A stretch of 64,000 nucleotides of DNA from an uncultured bacterium (lineage in GTDB: Bacteria > Verrucomicrobiota > Verrucomicrobiia > Verrucomicrobiales > DEV007). The position numbers and the translations under genes were made by a program. Of this stretch, positions 1 through 8,891 are shown in pieces; the first letter of the stretch is position 1, and each line of letters begins with the position of its first letter. The DNA lies in assembly GCA_963977015.1 (NCBI GenBank), contig CAXBMO010000008.1, positions 32,001-96,000 of the forward strand, read 5' to 3'. The notes beneath the pieces are model-generated. The model was not told the DNA's origin, searched no databases, and was given only the letters and a program-made list of their open reading frames with translations.

Positions 1-1
1 G

Positions 2-2344
2 ACGAAATCGCCGGGTTATGACGGTGGGCCGTTTTTCAATGCGGATGGTTCCAAGATCTGTTGGCGACGTTTCAGCCGCGAGGGCGATCAGGCCGAGGTG
101 TTCACGATGAACGCGGATGGCACGGGCGAGAAGCAGTTGACGACGCTGGGCGCGATGTCGTGGGCACCGTATTTTCATCCGAGCGGCGAGTATCTGATTT
201 TCGCGACCAATCTTCAGGGCTTTGCGAACTTTGAGCTCTACATGGTGGATGCGGCGGGCGAGAAGGAGCCGGTTCGCGTTACGTCGACGGATGGTTTTGA
301 CGGCTTGCCCTGTTTTTCGCCGGACGGTTCCCAACTCGCCTGGACCACCAATCGCACGCCAAACAAGACGTCGCAGATTTTTCTCGCCTCGTGGAATCAT
401 GAAGCCGCGCTTTCCGCGCTCGGGAAATCCGGGGAACGCCAGGTCCGTTCGACGGAGCTGATGGCGCCAAGCCAGGACGAGGAAAACGTGAGCGCCGCTG
501 CCGGAATTCGCGATGCGAAGCCTGAGATTCTTGAATCGGATCTTCGCGCCCAGATCGGGTTTTTGGCGAGCGATGAATTGGAGGGGCGCCTGACCGGAAC
601 CGAAGGAGAACAAATGGCGACGGCTTATGTCGCGAAAGCGTTCGAAACCTGGGGCCTCAGCGCGTGGGACGAGAATCCATCGAGCATCAGCTACTTTCAA
701 CCGTTCGAGTTCACCGCGGGCGTTGATCTCGGGAAGGGCAATGAGTTGTGGATCGAGGAAGGCGACGCGCGTTGGAAGGCGGAACTGGACAAGGATTGGC
801 GACCGCTCTCGTTTTCCCAGCTCGGCAGGATCGATGCGCTGGATGTCGTCTTTGCCGGTTATGGCATCGATGTTCCGGCAGGGCAGGCCGAGTCGGAAGG
901 CACGCAGAGCGAACTCTACACCAGCTACTATCATACCGACGTGGAAGGGAAGTGGGTGATGATGCTGCGGTATATTCCCGAGGGACTTTCCGGCGACAAG
1001 CGGCGCACGTTCCTGCGGTATGCGAGCCTGCGCTACAAGGCGATGTTGGCTCGGCAAAAGGGAGCCAAGGGGGTGATTTTTGTGAGCGGGCCGAATTCCG
1101 AGGTGAAGGAGGAGCTGGTTCCCCTCAGCTTCGATGCCTCGTTGGCCGATTCCGGGATTGCCGCGATTTCGGTAACGACGGAACTGGGCGCGAAATTGCT
1201 CGCGGCCGCCGGGAAAGACCTTGCCGAGATCCAGACGAGTCTGGACAAGGGCGAGATGATGATTGGAGTGAAGATTCCGGACGTGAAGTTCGACGCGCGG
1301 GTCGATATCAATCAACGGACGGAGAACGGGCGCAATGTGATTGGCCGGTTGAAGGCGAAATCGGTGGAGGCCAGGAAACGTCCGGCGCTGATTATCGGTG
1401 CCCACATCGATCATCTCGGCAACAAGGCCAACTCCGCCTCCCGGGCGTTCGGCAAGGAGAAGTTCGAGATTCACAACGGGGCCGATGACAATGCGAGTGG
1501 AACGGCCGGTCTCATGGAGATTGCGCATTATCTGGCCGATGCCCAACAGTCCGGGAAGATCGAGCTGCAACGCGATGTCGTCTTCGCGGCGTGGTCCGGT
1601 GAGGAAATGGGGTTGCTCGGAAGCGCGAGTTTCGTCAGCGAAGTTGCGAAGAAGGCGAAGAACGATGCGGATGCAGAGTTGGGCGACGTGTTTTCGGCTT
1701 ATCTCAATATGGACATGATCGGTCGTCTCGAAAAGACGTTGGTGTTGCAGGGAGTCGGGTCCAGTTCCGTCTGGCCCAGTATCATCGAGCGGCGCAACGT
1801 GCCGGTTGGCTTGCCGGTCACGATTCAACAGGACACGTATCTGTCGACCGATGCGACGTCGTTTTACCTCCGCGGCGTTCCAATTCTCAGCGCCTTTACC
1901 GGAGCGCACGAAGACTATCATCGCCCGACCGATACGGCCGACAAGATCAACTACGAAGGCACGCAGAAGATCACCAAATTGATGGGACTCGTCGCGCGGG
2001 GACTCGCGACTTCAGCCGAAGAGCCGGACTACATCAAAGTGGAACGCTCCAAGCAAAAAGGCCGCCGCGCCAATCTCCGCGCCTATCTCGGCACGATTCC
2101 CGATTATGCGGGCAACGATGTGGAAGGTGTGAAGATTTCAGGAGTGAGCAAGGGTGGTCCGGCGGAAAAAGCGGGACTTGAGGGCGGCGACATCATTGTC
2201 GAGCTCGACGGAAAAGAGCTGAAGAACATTTACGATTACACCTACGTGCTCGAAGCGCTGAAAGTCGGTGTGGAAGCGAAAATCGCGGTGATGCGCAAAG
2301 GCGAGCGCGTCGAGATGACGATCACGCCGGAATCGCGGGATTAG
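2..2344 (+). CDS. TolB-like beta-propeller + PA + M28 peptidase + PDZ protein (5' partial)
   Basis: Frame is open from base 2 (TKSPGYDGGPFF...). PD40-like repeats; M28 zinc motifs GAHIDH, GADDNASG, GEEMG, NMDMIG, HEDYH; C-terminal PDZ (YLGTIPDY...GGPAEKAGL). Confidence 0.85.
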   Translation, partial: TKSPGYDGGPFFNADGSKICWRRFSREGDQAEVFTMNADGTGEKQLTTLGAMSWAPYFHPSGEYLIFATNLQGFANFELYMVDAAGEKEPVRVTSTDGFDGLPCFSPDGSQLAWTTNRTPNKTSQIFLASWNHEAALSALGKSGERQVRSTELMAPSQDEENVSAAAGIRDAKPEILESDLRAQIGFLASDELEGRLTGTEGEQMATAYVAKAFETWGLSAWDENPSSISYFQPFEFTAGVDLGKGNELWIEEGDARWKAELDKDWRPLSFSQLGRIDALDVVFAGYGIDVPAGQAESEGTQSELYTSYYHTDVEGKWVMMLRYIPEGLSGDKRRTFLRYASLRYKAMLARQKGAKGVIFVSGPNSEVKEELVPLSFDASLADSGIAAISVTTELGAKLLAAAGKDLAEIQTSLDKGEMMIGVKIPDVKFDARVDINQRTENGRNVIGRLKAKSVEARKRPALIIGAHIDHLGNKANSASRAFGKEKFEIHNGADDNASGTAGLMEIAHYLADAQQSGKIELQRDVVFAAWSGEEMGLLGSASFVSEVAKKAKNDADAELGDVFSAYLNMDMIGRLEKTLVLQGVGSSSVWPSIIERRNVPVGLPVTIQQDTYLSTDATSFYLRGVPILSAFTGAHEDYHRPTDTADKINYEGTQKITKLMGLVARGLATSAEEPDYIKVERSKQKGRRANLRAYLGTIPDYAGNDVEGVKISGVSKGGPAEKAGLEGGDIIVELDGKELKNIYDYTYVLEALKVGVEAKIAVMRKGERVEMTITPESRD

Positions 2345-2430
2345 GGTAGCCCATCGTCCGTCATCATTTTCAATCACTCGCCAGTCCCCGAGCGGATTGT
2401 CCTGGCCGTTCAAGCTTGGGAATCGCCCCG

Positions 2431-2677
2431 GGTCTCCACGCGAGCTTGTCTCCGTGGAACCGAGATCAACCACCAGAATCGCAACGAATTATTCCGCCCC
2501 GGCTGGCCTTGTGCCGGTCGAGCGATGACTCTGCCCTCGAAGCTCGAAAGAGAATCTGGCGGCGTTTTAGCGGGGAGTCAGCGCTCAATCGGGGTAAACC
2601 CGATTGGGGCGGCCTTTGGTTGGGCGGAAGTCTGGTGGTTGGTCTCGGTACCACGGGGATGAACCCCGGTGGAGTCC
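2431..2677. repeat. Inverted pair of ~47-bp REP-like hairpin elements with a central hairpin
   Basis: 2431-2477 (reverse complement) and 2631-2677 share TCTGGTGGTTG(A/G)TCTCGGT(T/A)CCACGG(A/G)GA...TGGAG(A/T)CC. Each copy folds on itself. A further hairpin lies at 2582-2611. Confidence 0.7.
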
Positions 2678-2786
2678 TGCGATCCACGAGCCTCATGGGA
2701 CTACTTTTAGGCCATCGTTGCCCGTCACTTTCATTCGCACCCGCAGGACGGACTACACTGGACAGCTTCGCAAAATCCGTCAGACT

Positions 2787-3032
2787 ATGGGGATGGACGA
2801 CCAACCAACCATCGCTGACAAGAAGCCCGCTGTGATGAAACTCGAACCGGGAGATTACTGGTGGTGTGCGTGTGGAAAGTCCGTGAATCAGCCCTTCTGT
2901 GACGGAAGCCACAAGGGAACCGGGTTCGGCCCGCAGAAGGTGACGATCGACGAAGAGAAAACCGTCGCGTTTTGCAACTGCAAGCACAGCGCCAACCAAC
3001 CGTTTTGCGACGGGACTCACGCGAAGCTGTAG
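2787..3032 (+). CDS. CDGSH iron-sulfur domain protein (two CDGSH motifs)
   Basis: WCACGKSVNQPFCDGSH and FCNCKHSANQPFCDGTH. Start is ATG 2787 or 2793. Confidence 0.9.
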   Translation: MGMDDQPTIADKKPAVMKLEPGDYWWCACGKSVNQPFCDGSHKGTGFGPQKVTIDEEKTVAFCNCKHSANQPFCDGTHAKL

Positions 3033-3049
3033 GGTCGCGGGAAACGCGT

Positions 3050-3520
3050 TCAGACGATTTCGACCTCGGTTCCCACACCGACCTGGTCGTAGAGCGCGAT
3101 GACGTCGGCGTTCTTCATGCGGACGCAGCCGATGCTGGCGGGTTCGCCGATCTTTTCCTCGTCGTTCGTGCCGTGAATGTAGATGTAGCGTTCCTTGGTG
3201 TTGGCGTTCTGCTCTTCCAGTCCTTCCAGCCAGAGAATTCGCGTGAGGACCATGTCCTCGTCGACGCTTTCGGCGGGATTCCAGGTTCCGACCGGTTTGC
3301 GGCCCTTGAAGATGGTGCCTTCCGGCGCGTCATCGCCGAACTCCTCGGCAACCCGGAATTTGCCGAGAGGAGTCTTGAAGCTGCCTTCCTCCGAACCGAG
3401 CCCGAATTTGGAGGTGGAGATGGGCCAGGAATGCACGACCTGGTCACCATCCATCAGGCGGAGTTCTTGATCGGTGACAGACACTTGAATTTTCGGCTGG
3501 CTTTGTTGCATAGCACTCAC
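3050..3520 (-). CDS. L,D-transpeptidase family (YkuD) protein
   Basis: IYIHGT...ASIGCVRM catalytic motif; KTPLGKF. Confidence 0.85.
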   Translation of the reverse strand: MSAMQQSQPKIQVSVTDQELRLMDGDQVVHSWPISTSKFGLGSEEGSFKTPLGKFRVAEEFGDDAPEGTIFKGRKPVGTWNPAESVDEDMVLTRILWLEGLEEQNANTKERYIYIHGTNDEEKIGEPASIGCVRMKNADVIALYDQVGVGTEVEIV

Positions 3521-3559
3521 ACATTGGTAGGTTGTCTGCCCATTTCAAATCACGAATTC

Positions 3560-4561
3560 ATGAGTCAACCAAAACACCTGGCGATTGTCGGAGCAACGGG
3601 AGCTGTCGGCCAAGAAATGCTCAATTGTCTGGAGCAACGTCAGTTCCCGGTCGCGAGTTTGAAGCTTCTTGCCAGCGCACGTTCCAAGGGCAAGTGCATC
3701 CCCTTTCATGGCGAGCAGTTGGTGGTGGAGGAGTTGACTCCCGAATCGTTCGAGGGCGTTGAAATTGCGTTGTTCAGTGCGGGTGGCGGGATTTCCAAGG
3801 ACTTTGCGAAGTATGCCGTCGATGCGGGCGCGCTCGTGATCGACAACTCGTCCACGTTTCGCATGGATGAAGGCGTCCCGTTGGTGATCCCGGAAATCAA
3901 CGCCGAAGCGGCAAAGAGTCATTCGGGAATCATCGCGAATCCCAACTGCACCACGATCGTGACGTTGATGGGGCTGAACCCGCTTCACCGGAAGTGGACG
4001 GCGCAAAAAATCGTCGCGGCAAGTTATCAGGCGGTCTCCGGAAGTGGGGCGGCGGGAATCGCCGAGCTGGATGCGCAGGTAAAGGCGATTCACTCCGGAT
4101 CGAAAGTTCAGCCGAAGGTTTATCCTCATCAGATCGCGTTCAACGTCATTGCCGACATTGGTGGAGTGGGGGAGAATGGTTACACGAGCGAGGAAATGAA
4201 GATGCAGAACGAAGGTCGCAAGATCCTCGGGCATGGAGAGTTGGCCGCCTCGGTCACCTGTGTTCGCGTTCCGGTTTACAAATCGCACTCCATCGCCGCC
4301 TGGGTTCAGTTTGAGGAAACTCCTGATGTGGAAGAAGCTCGCGAGCTGATCGAGAAGGCGGAGGGCGTCCAATTGGTCGACGACCGTCAACTGGGCAGGT
4401 ATCCGACGCCGTTGGATTCGACGGATGGAGATGATTGCCTTGTTGGGCGTATTCGCCGGGATCTGGTGTTCGAAAACGGGCTTAGCTTCTGGGTGGTTGG
4501 CGATCAGGTGCGTAAAGGCGCCGCGCTCAACGCCGTGCAGATTGCGGAATTATTCGTATAA
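3560..4561 (+). CDS. asd: Aspartate-semialdehyde dehydrogenase
   Basis: GATGAVG, IDNSSTFRM, ANPNCTT, TCVRVPV, RKGAALNAVQIAE. Start placed at ATG 3560. Confidence 0.95.
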   Translation: MSQPKHLAIVGATGAVGQEMLNCLEQRQFPVASLKLLASARSKGKCIPFHGEQLVVEELTPESFEGVEIALFSAGGGISKDFAKYAVDAGALVIDNSSTFRMDEGVPLVIPEINAEAAKSHSGIIANPNCTTIVTLMGLNPLHRKWTAQKIVAASYQAVSGSGAAGIAELDAQVKAIHSGSKVQPKVYPHQIAFNVIADIGGVGENGYTSEEMKMQNEGRKILGHGELAASVTCVRVPVYKSHSIAAWVQFEETPDVEEARELIEKAEGVQLVDDRQLGRYPTPLDSTDGDDCLVGRIRRDLVFENGLSFWVVGDQVRKGAALNAVQIAELFV

Positions 4562-4722
4562 TGGTGGCTCTCGAAATTACGGGCGTTGTTGGGTTTGCTT
4601 AGCCTAACGCGGTCAAGCCCTTTTTCGTCGGCAAATCGCCGCCAAGAATACGTTGAGATCTCAGCAGGATGAGTAGGTTGGTCACCGAAACCCCGGACCA
4701 ACTGTTTTACAACACACTCAGA

Positions 4723-5124
4723 ATGATGCAGATCCTGCGACATCAACTGGGCTCCGGAATTCGGGGCATCACTATTTGTTCACTCCTTTTTCTGGGAGGC
4801 AATTTCGCCTTGGGCGAGGAACCCGCGCCGGAACGGAAACGGCAGGTCATTCCCCGAATCACCAACCCGTCCTTTGGAAAAGTGATCACCTCCAGCGGTC
4901 GCGTCTCGGTTCGCAGCATCTCGACAAGGAGCCCGATCAATACCAGCCACCCTTCCATCGTCAGCGCCATCACGGTCGGAGATCAAACCATCGTGATTCC
5001 CAAAGAGGAAAAGGCCGGAGCGGACAAGGCCGAAGCGAAGGAGGAAGTGGAAGTCGCCAAGCCGGAAAAGCCGCTCAATCCGGTATCCGGCAATGTGCGC
5101 CGCGCTTACGCCGGTGATTATTGA
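4723..5124 (+). CDS. Hypothetical secreted protein
   Basis: Signal-peptide-like N-terminus and low-complexity charged C-terminus. Start uncertain (4669 or 4723). Confidence 0.55.
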   Translation: MMQILRHQLGSGIRGITICSLLFLGGNFALGEEPAPERKRQVIPRITNPSFGKVITSSGRVSVRSISTRSPINTSHPSIVSAITVGDQTIVIPKEEKAGADKAEAKEEVEVAKPEKPLNPVSGNVRRAYAGDY

Positions 5125-6164
5125 TCCGGCTCGGAGCTGGATTCGACGAGCGCCGGATAGCGCAGGGTTTGGCCGACGTAGATCGTGTCGCCGGTCATTT
5201 TGTTGATCGACTTCAACGTATCGATCGTCGTGTCGAATTCACGCGCCAGCTTCCAGAGGGTATCGCCCGCCTGGATCTCGTAGGTCTCCAGATCCCGGTT
5301 TCCGGCGATGGGCTTGGCGATGAGCGCCGGTCGCGGCTTGGGGGAGGCGACCTTCACGGTTTGCGCCGGTTTGGATTGCTTTACCGGGACGATTGGCTTG
5401 CCGCGTTCCTGTTTCAGCAGCCAGTCGTAAAGCTCCTGCTTTTTGTAGACGGGAACGATGATGTTGCCGTGGTTTCCGCCGGGAATCACCGTCATGGTCG
5501 CGTTTCCGCCCTGCTGGTTCACTGCGTCCACCAGTTTTTGATGAGGCTCCAACGGCGTGATCGCGTCTTCGGCGCCATGAAACGCCCAAATCGGCAAATT
5601 GGTGAGCTTCTTGGCCAGAGAAACGCCGCCGTATCCACAAAGGGGAACCATCGCGGCGAATCGATCGGGATTGGTCGCCGCCAGATACCAGGCTCCGCCG
5701 CCCCCGAGGCTCACGCCCGTCAGATAAATGCGGTTTTCGTCAATGCGATAGAGTTCCGTGAGTTCATCGATCAACTCGAGAAGTGAGCGATAGGGCCAGG
5801 AACCGGCCGGAAGCTGCGGCGACACTGCGATGAAGGGGAATCCCGGCTTCTTATCGAGAAAGGACGGCGGTCCGTAGCGGCGAACCCGCGAAAAATCGTT
5901 CCCGCGCGCGCTCCGTCCGTGCAGGTAAAACATCAGTGGCCATTTCTTGTCGGAATCCTCGTAGCCTTTCGGCAAGTGGAGCAGATAGCGCCACGGTTCG
6001 GGCTGAACGTCTTCGCCTTCCGCCGGAGGCGGGCTGGATTCCCGGGGAACGAGGGTTGTCGCGGTGACTTCGCGCTGGGCTGCGAACGCTGCGGTCAGCG
6101 AGCCTGCCAAAAGCGCCATCGCAAACCAACGGCGAATAATCGTGACTGGGCGAGGGAGAGCCAT
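5118..6164 (-). CDS. Secreted alpha/beta hydrolase (esterase/peptidase-like) with C-terminal LysM
   Basis: PLMFYLHG, GVSLGG nucleophile elbow, WAFHGAED, GNH; LysM (YEIQAGDTLWKLA...IYVGQTL). Confidence 0.85.
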   Translation of the reverse strand: MALPRPVTIIRRWFAMALLAGSLTAAFAAQREVTATTLVPRESSPPPAEGEDVQPEPWRYLLHLPKGYEDSDKKWPLMFYLHGRSARGNDFSRVRRYGPPSFLDKKPGFPFIAVSPQLPAGSWPYRSLLELIDELTELYRIDENRIYLTGVSLGGGGAWYLAATNPDRFAAMVPLCGYGGVSLAKKLTNLPIWAFHGAEDAITPLEPHQKLVDAVNQQGGNATMTVIPGGNHGNIIVPVYKKQELYDWLLKQERGKPIVPVKQSKPAQTVKVASPKPRPALIAKPIAGNRDLETYEIQAGDTLWKLAREFDTTIDTLKSINKMTGDTIYVGQTLRYPALVESSSEPDQ

Positions 6165-6201
6165 CGTGAAAAATTCCGGATTCAACCTCACCAGTCGAAT
6201 C

Positions 6202-6513
6202 TCAATCGCTCTGCTTGCGCTTGATGTAGCGAATCACGAAGAGGAACAGAAACGCGCCGAGAAGCGCCACCACCACCTGATTGATGTCGATGTTGATCGA
6301 TCCGAGATCGAACGAGATGTACTTGCTCAGCAACTTGTCCCAAAGATAACCGCCGAGAATCGCGCCCATAATCCCCACCAGCATGTTGCCCATGAAGCCG
6401 AACGCGCGGTCGCGGAGCAACGCACCGAGGATGGTTCCGACGATGACTCCGACGATCAGGAGTTCGACCCACGGATTGCTCAGGAAGTTGGCGAGAAGAG
6501 GGAGAAAAGGCAT
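6202..6513 (-). CDS. GlsB/YeaQ/YmgE-type (transglycosylase-associated) small membrane protein
   Basis: Three hydrophobic helices; GNMLVGIMGAILGG and ALLGA motifs. Confidence 0.8.
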   Translation of the reverse strand: MPFLPLLANFLSNPWVELLIVGVIVGTILGALLRDRAFGFMGNMLVGIMGAILGGYLWDKLLSKYISFDLGSINIDINQVVVALLGAFLFLFVIRYIKRKQSD

Positions 6514-6567
6514 CAGGGGACTATAGAAGCCTCGTCATTGGATAGGTCAATTCCTAATCCGCCGGGA

Positions 6568-7575
6568 TCACGTCCCGATGATTCCCTCGTACAAACCGGG
6601 ATCACGACACTCGTCCAGCGTCAAAATGCGGAGGCGGGCCCTTGCTTCCTCGCCATCCACATTGCCAGCCGTGTCGCGAAACCGGCGCAGGAATCGCGTA
6701 AACTGCGCAATCTCATCTGCCTCGATTTCGCGAAAGTCGGCGGAGTTGGGATCGGGATGGGCATTGCGGCCGAGCCGTGAAAGGACGTTGTCGCGAAGCT
6801 GGCCGAACGCCGTCGGGATATCGATCAACGCGGGTTCGCCGGATTTCCGGATGTTCCAGACATAGCCCGTGATTTTCCGGCCCGGCGCCTGGGTTTCGAC
6901 CTTGAGGATCTTCTTCCGTTTGCTCAGTTCCTCAATCATCTCCCGCGTCGCGAAATCGATCCGCGGCGGAATGATGACCTCCAGTGGTGGCCGGTCGCCC
7001 TTGCGATATTTTTTGGGAAGCCGGCCCATCAGCGACGACTTGAGAACCGGCACCACGAAGTTGTTGAAATAGCCACGCGCCAACCCGTGGGCGGAGGAAA
7101 GCGTGCTGAGGGGAAACCCGAAAAAGTCGGTCAACGGGTTGTCAGGAAACTTGCCGAGGTAATGGTCGTTCAGCGTCGTTTCGATGACCGGCTTCAACTT
7201 CTGTTGCGCATCTCCCGATTGGCCTTTCACCAGTCGAAAACAACGATAGGCGGCGCGATCAAAGGAAACGGCGTCCAACTCCTCATCCTCGGTATCGACC
7301 AACTTCACGGGAACGCAGGCCCGTCCCATCGCATCCAGCACCGCGATTTCGTAGAGCACGTTGGGATTGTTCTGCGTCATGTCCGCGACCACCAGGGTCG
7401 AGCGATCGGCGGACCGAATCACGTGGTGCATGATGTTTCCGGCCTCATCGACCTCAGGGGTAAACACGTGAAATTCGTCTCCCAGCACCGGGGCAATCAC
7501 CTCATGAGCGAGCCAATTGAGATGCGGGAGATGGTCCTTGTTCATCGGTCCGATGACGAAGCACTTTTTCTTCAT
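6568..7575 (-). CDS. NDT/TIR-like N-glycosidase domain fused to a STING-like cyclic-dinucleotide receptor domain
   Basis: N-terminus KCFVIGP...VVADMTQNNPNVLYEIA...FD. C-terminus SAHGLARGYFNNF...LEVIIP...GR...IDIPTAF...E.DEIAQF..FL. ATG at 7575 (alternative 7611). Confidence 0.75.
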   Translation of the reverse strand: MKKKCFVIGPMNKDHLPHLNWLAHEVIAPVLGDEFHVFTPEVDEAGNIMHHVIRSADRSTLVVADMTQNNPNVLYEIAVLDAMGRACVPVKLVDTEDEELDAVSFDRAAYRCFRLVKGQSGDAQQKLKPVIETTLNDHYLGKFPDNPLTDFFGFPLSTLSSAHGLARGYFNNFVVPVLKSSLMGRLPKKYRKGDRPPLEVIIPPRIDFATREMIEELSKRKKILKVETQAPGRKITGYVWNIRKSGEPALIDIPTAFGQLRDNVLSRLGRNAHPDPNSADFREIEADEIAQFTRFLRRFRDTAGNVDGEEARARLRILTLDECRDPGLYEGIIGT

Positions 7576-7698
7576 GATAGAGTGGGGTTTTGGGGCGCAA
7601 CCATTGCTCATTCACGGTTGCCGGAATCGATTCGCGGTCCACTGAAATCTGACCGAAAACTGGTGGTGCTGCCCAAACTCGTTCGCTAGCATGGACCC

Positions 7699-8301
7699 AT
7701 GAAACCCCTTTTCCCCGTTGTTCTTCTACTCGCGACGTCCTTGCTTTCCGCAGAACAAATCCCCATCTTCAACGGCGAGGACCTGTCCGGGTGGGAAGCG
7801 CGCGGCAAGGCGGAATGGCGGGTGGAGGATGGCGTCATCGTCGGGGGCCAGGATGGCGACCCCAAGCGAGCTGGGACCCTTCGCACCACGCGGCTTTTCG
7901 CGGATTTTGACTTCGAATGCGAGTTCATGATCGATGAGCACGGGAAGTACAACAGCGGCATCTATCTGCGCGATGTTCCCGGTGCGAAAGGGCGGCGTTA
8001 CCAGGTCAACATCGGGCGGGGCGTGGTGGGTGAATACGTCGGTCTCTATCGCGATGACTGGCTCGATACCGGCGATGAAAAAGACAAGATCCGGAAGCCG
8101 AATGCCTGGAATCAACTTCGCATTCGGGCCGAAGGTCCCAGGATCCAGGTTTGGCTCAACCGGCAACCGATCGTGGACTACACCGAAGCCGATCCCCAGG
8201 AAATCGACCTCGCGGCGGGCTCCCTCACCCTGCAAACCTACGGAGCCGAGGGCCACGCCGGTTGGGTCAAGTTCCGGAACCTGCGGCTGACGGAACTCTA
8301 A
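7699..8301 (+). CDS. DUF1080 / 3-keto-disaccharide hydrolase family secreted protein
   Basis: IFNGEDLSGW, WRVEDG, NSGIYLR, WN, LQ, VKFRN. Confidence 0.85.
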   Translation: MKPLFPVVLLLATSLLSAEQIPIFNGEDLSGWEARGKAEWRVEDGVIVGGQDGDPKRAGTLRTTRLFADFDFECEFMIDEHGKYNSGIYLRDVPGAKGRRYQVNIGRGVVGEYVGLYRDDWLDTGDEKDKIRKPNAWNQLRIRAEGPRIQVWLNRQPIVDYTEADPQEIDLAAGSLTLQTYGAEGHAGWVKFRNLRLTEL

Positions 8302-8323
8302 TCTCGAGCTTCACCGTGAGGCG

Positions 8324-8788
8324 CTAACGAACCAGTTTGGCACGAAGCGCCTCGGCCTGGTCTTCCGGGTAGGAACCCAGCAGTGGGTCAATCGTGAACC
8401 CGCCGTGAATCCGTTCGCCGCGCAGGTACATCCAGTCACTGATCTCGTCCCGGCTTAGTTTCCATGGATCGCCGAATTTTACGTTCTTGACGATTCCGGG
8501 ATCATTCCCGATCAGCCCGCTGAATTGCCCCGCACTGTACTCGACGTCGGTAATCCAGAAATGCTCCGTCCCGTTGTCATCCGTGATCGGCGCCTTCACG
8601 GAAAAGGAATCCGCGCTCCGGCTCTTCAGCTCCGTGATGAATTCGTCGACCGTGGATCGCGCCTTCTCCACCGCCGCATCCATTTCCGCCTCATCATAAG
8701 AGTTGACCAGGGTTTCAGGTTTGGAGCTTTCCGGCGAGCAACTCACCATCAAGCTGAGAACGCAGAGGAGAAAAAGGGATTTATGCAT
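8324..8788 (-). CDS. YegJ/DUF2314 family lipoprotein
   Basis: Lipobox MVSC; EMDAA..KAR, EHFW, ISDWMY, GGFT. Confidence 0.8.
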   Translation of the reverse strand: MHKSLFLLCVLSLMVSCSPESSKPETLVNSYDEAEMDAAVEKARSTVDEFITELKSRSADSFSVKAPITDDNGTEHFWITDVEYSAGQFSGLIGNDPGIVKNVKFGDPWKLSRDEISDWMYLRGERIHGGFTIDPLLGSYPEDQAEALRAKLVR

Positions 8789-8891
8789 CCCGGAATTCAA
8801 TCGGGTTCCTCACCGGTTGACCAGACTTTTTGCGCGCGAAAAACGCAACGTTGCGAATCGAGCGCGATGAGTTGTTGAAACCCAGCTTCCC

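Noticed and set aside
2972-3559. N-terminal extension of the asd ORF
   Set aside because: Overlaps the opposite-strand L,D-transpeptidase; Asd homology begins at ATG 3560.
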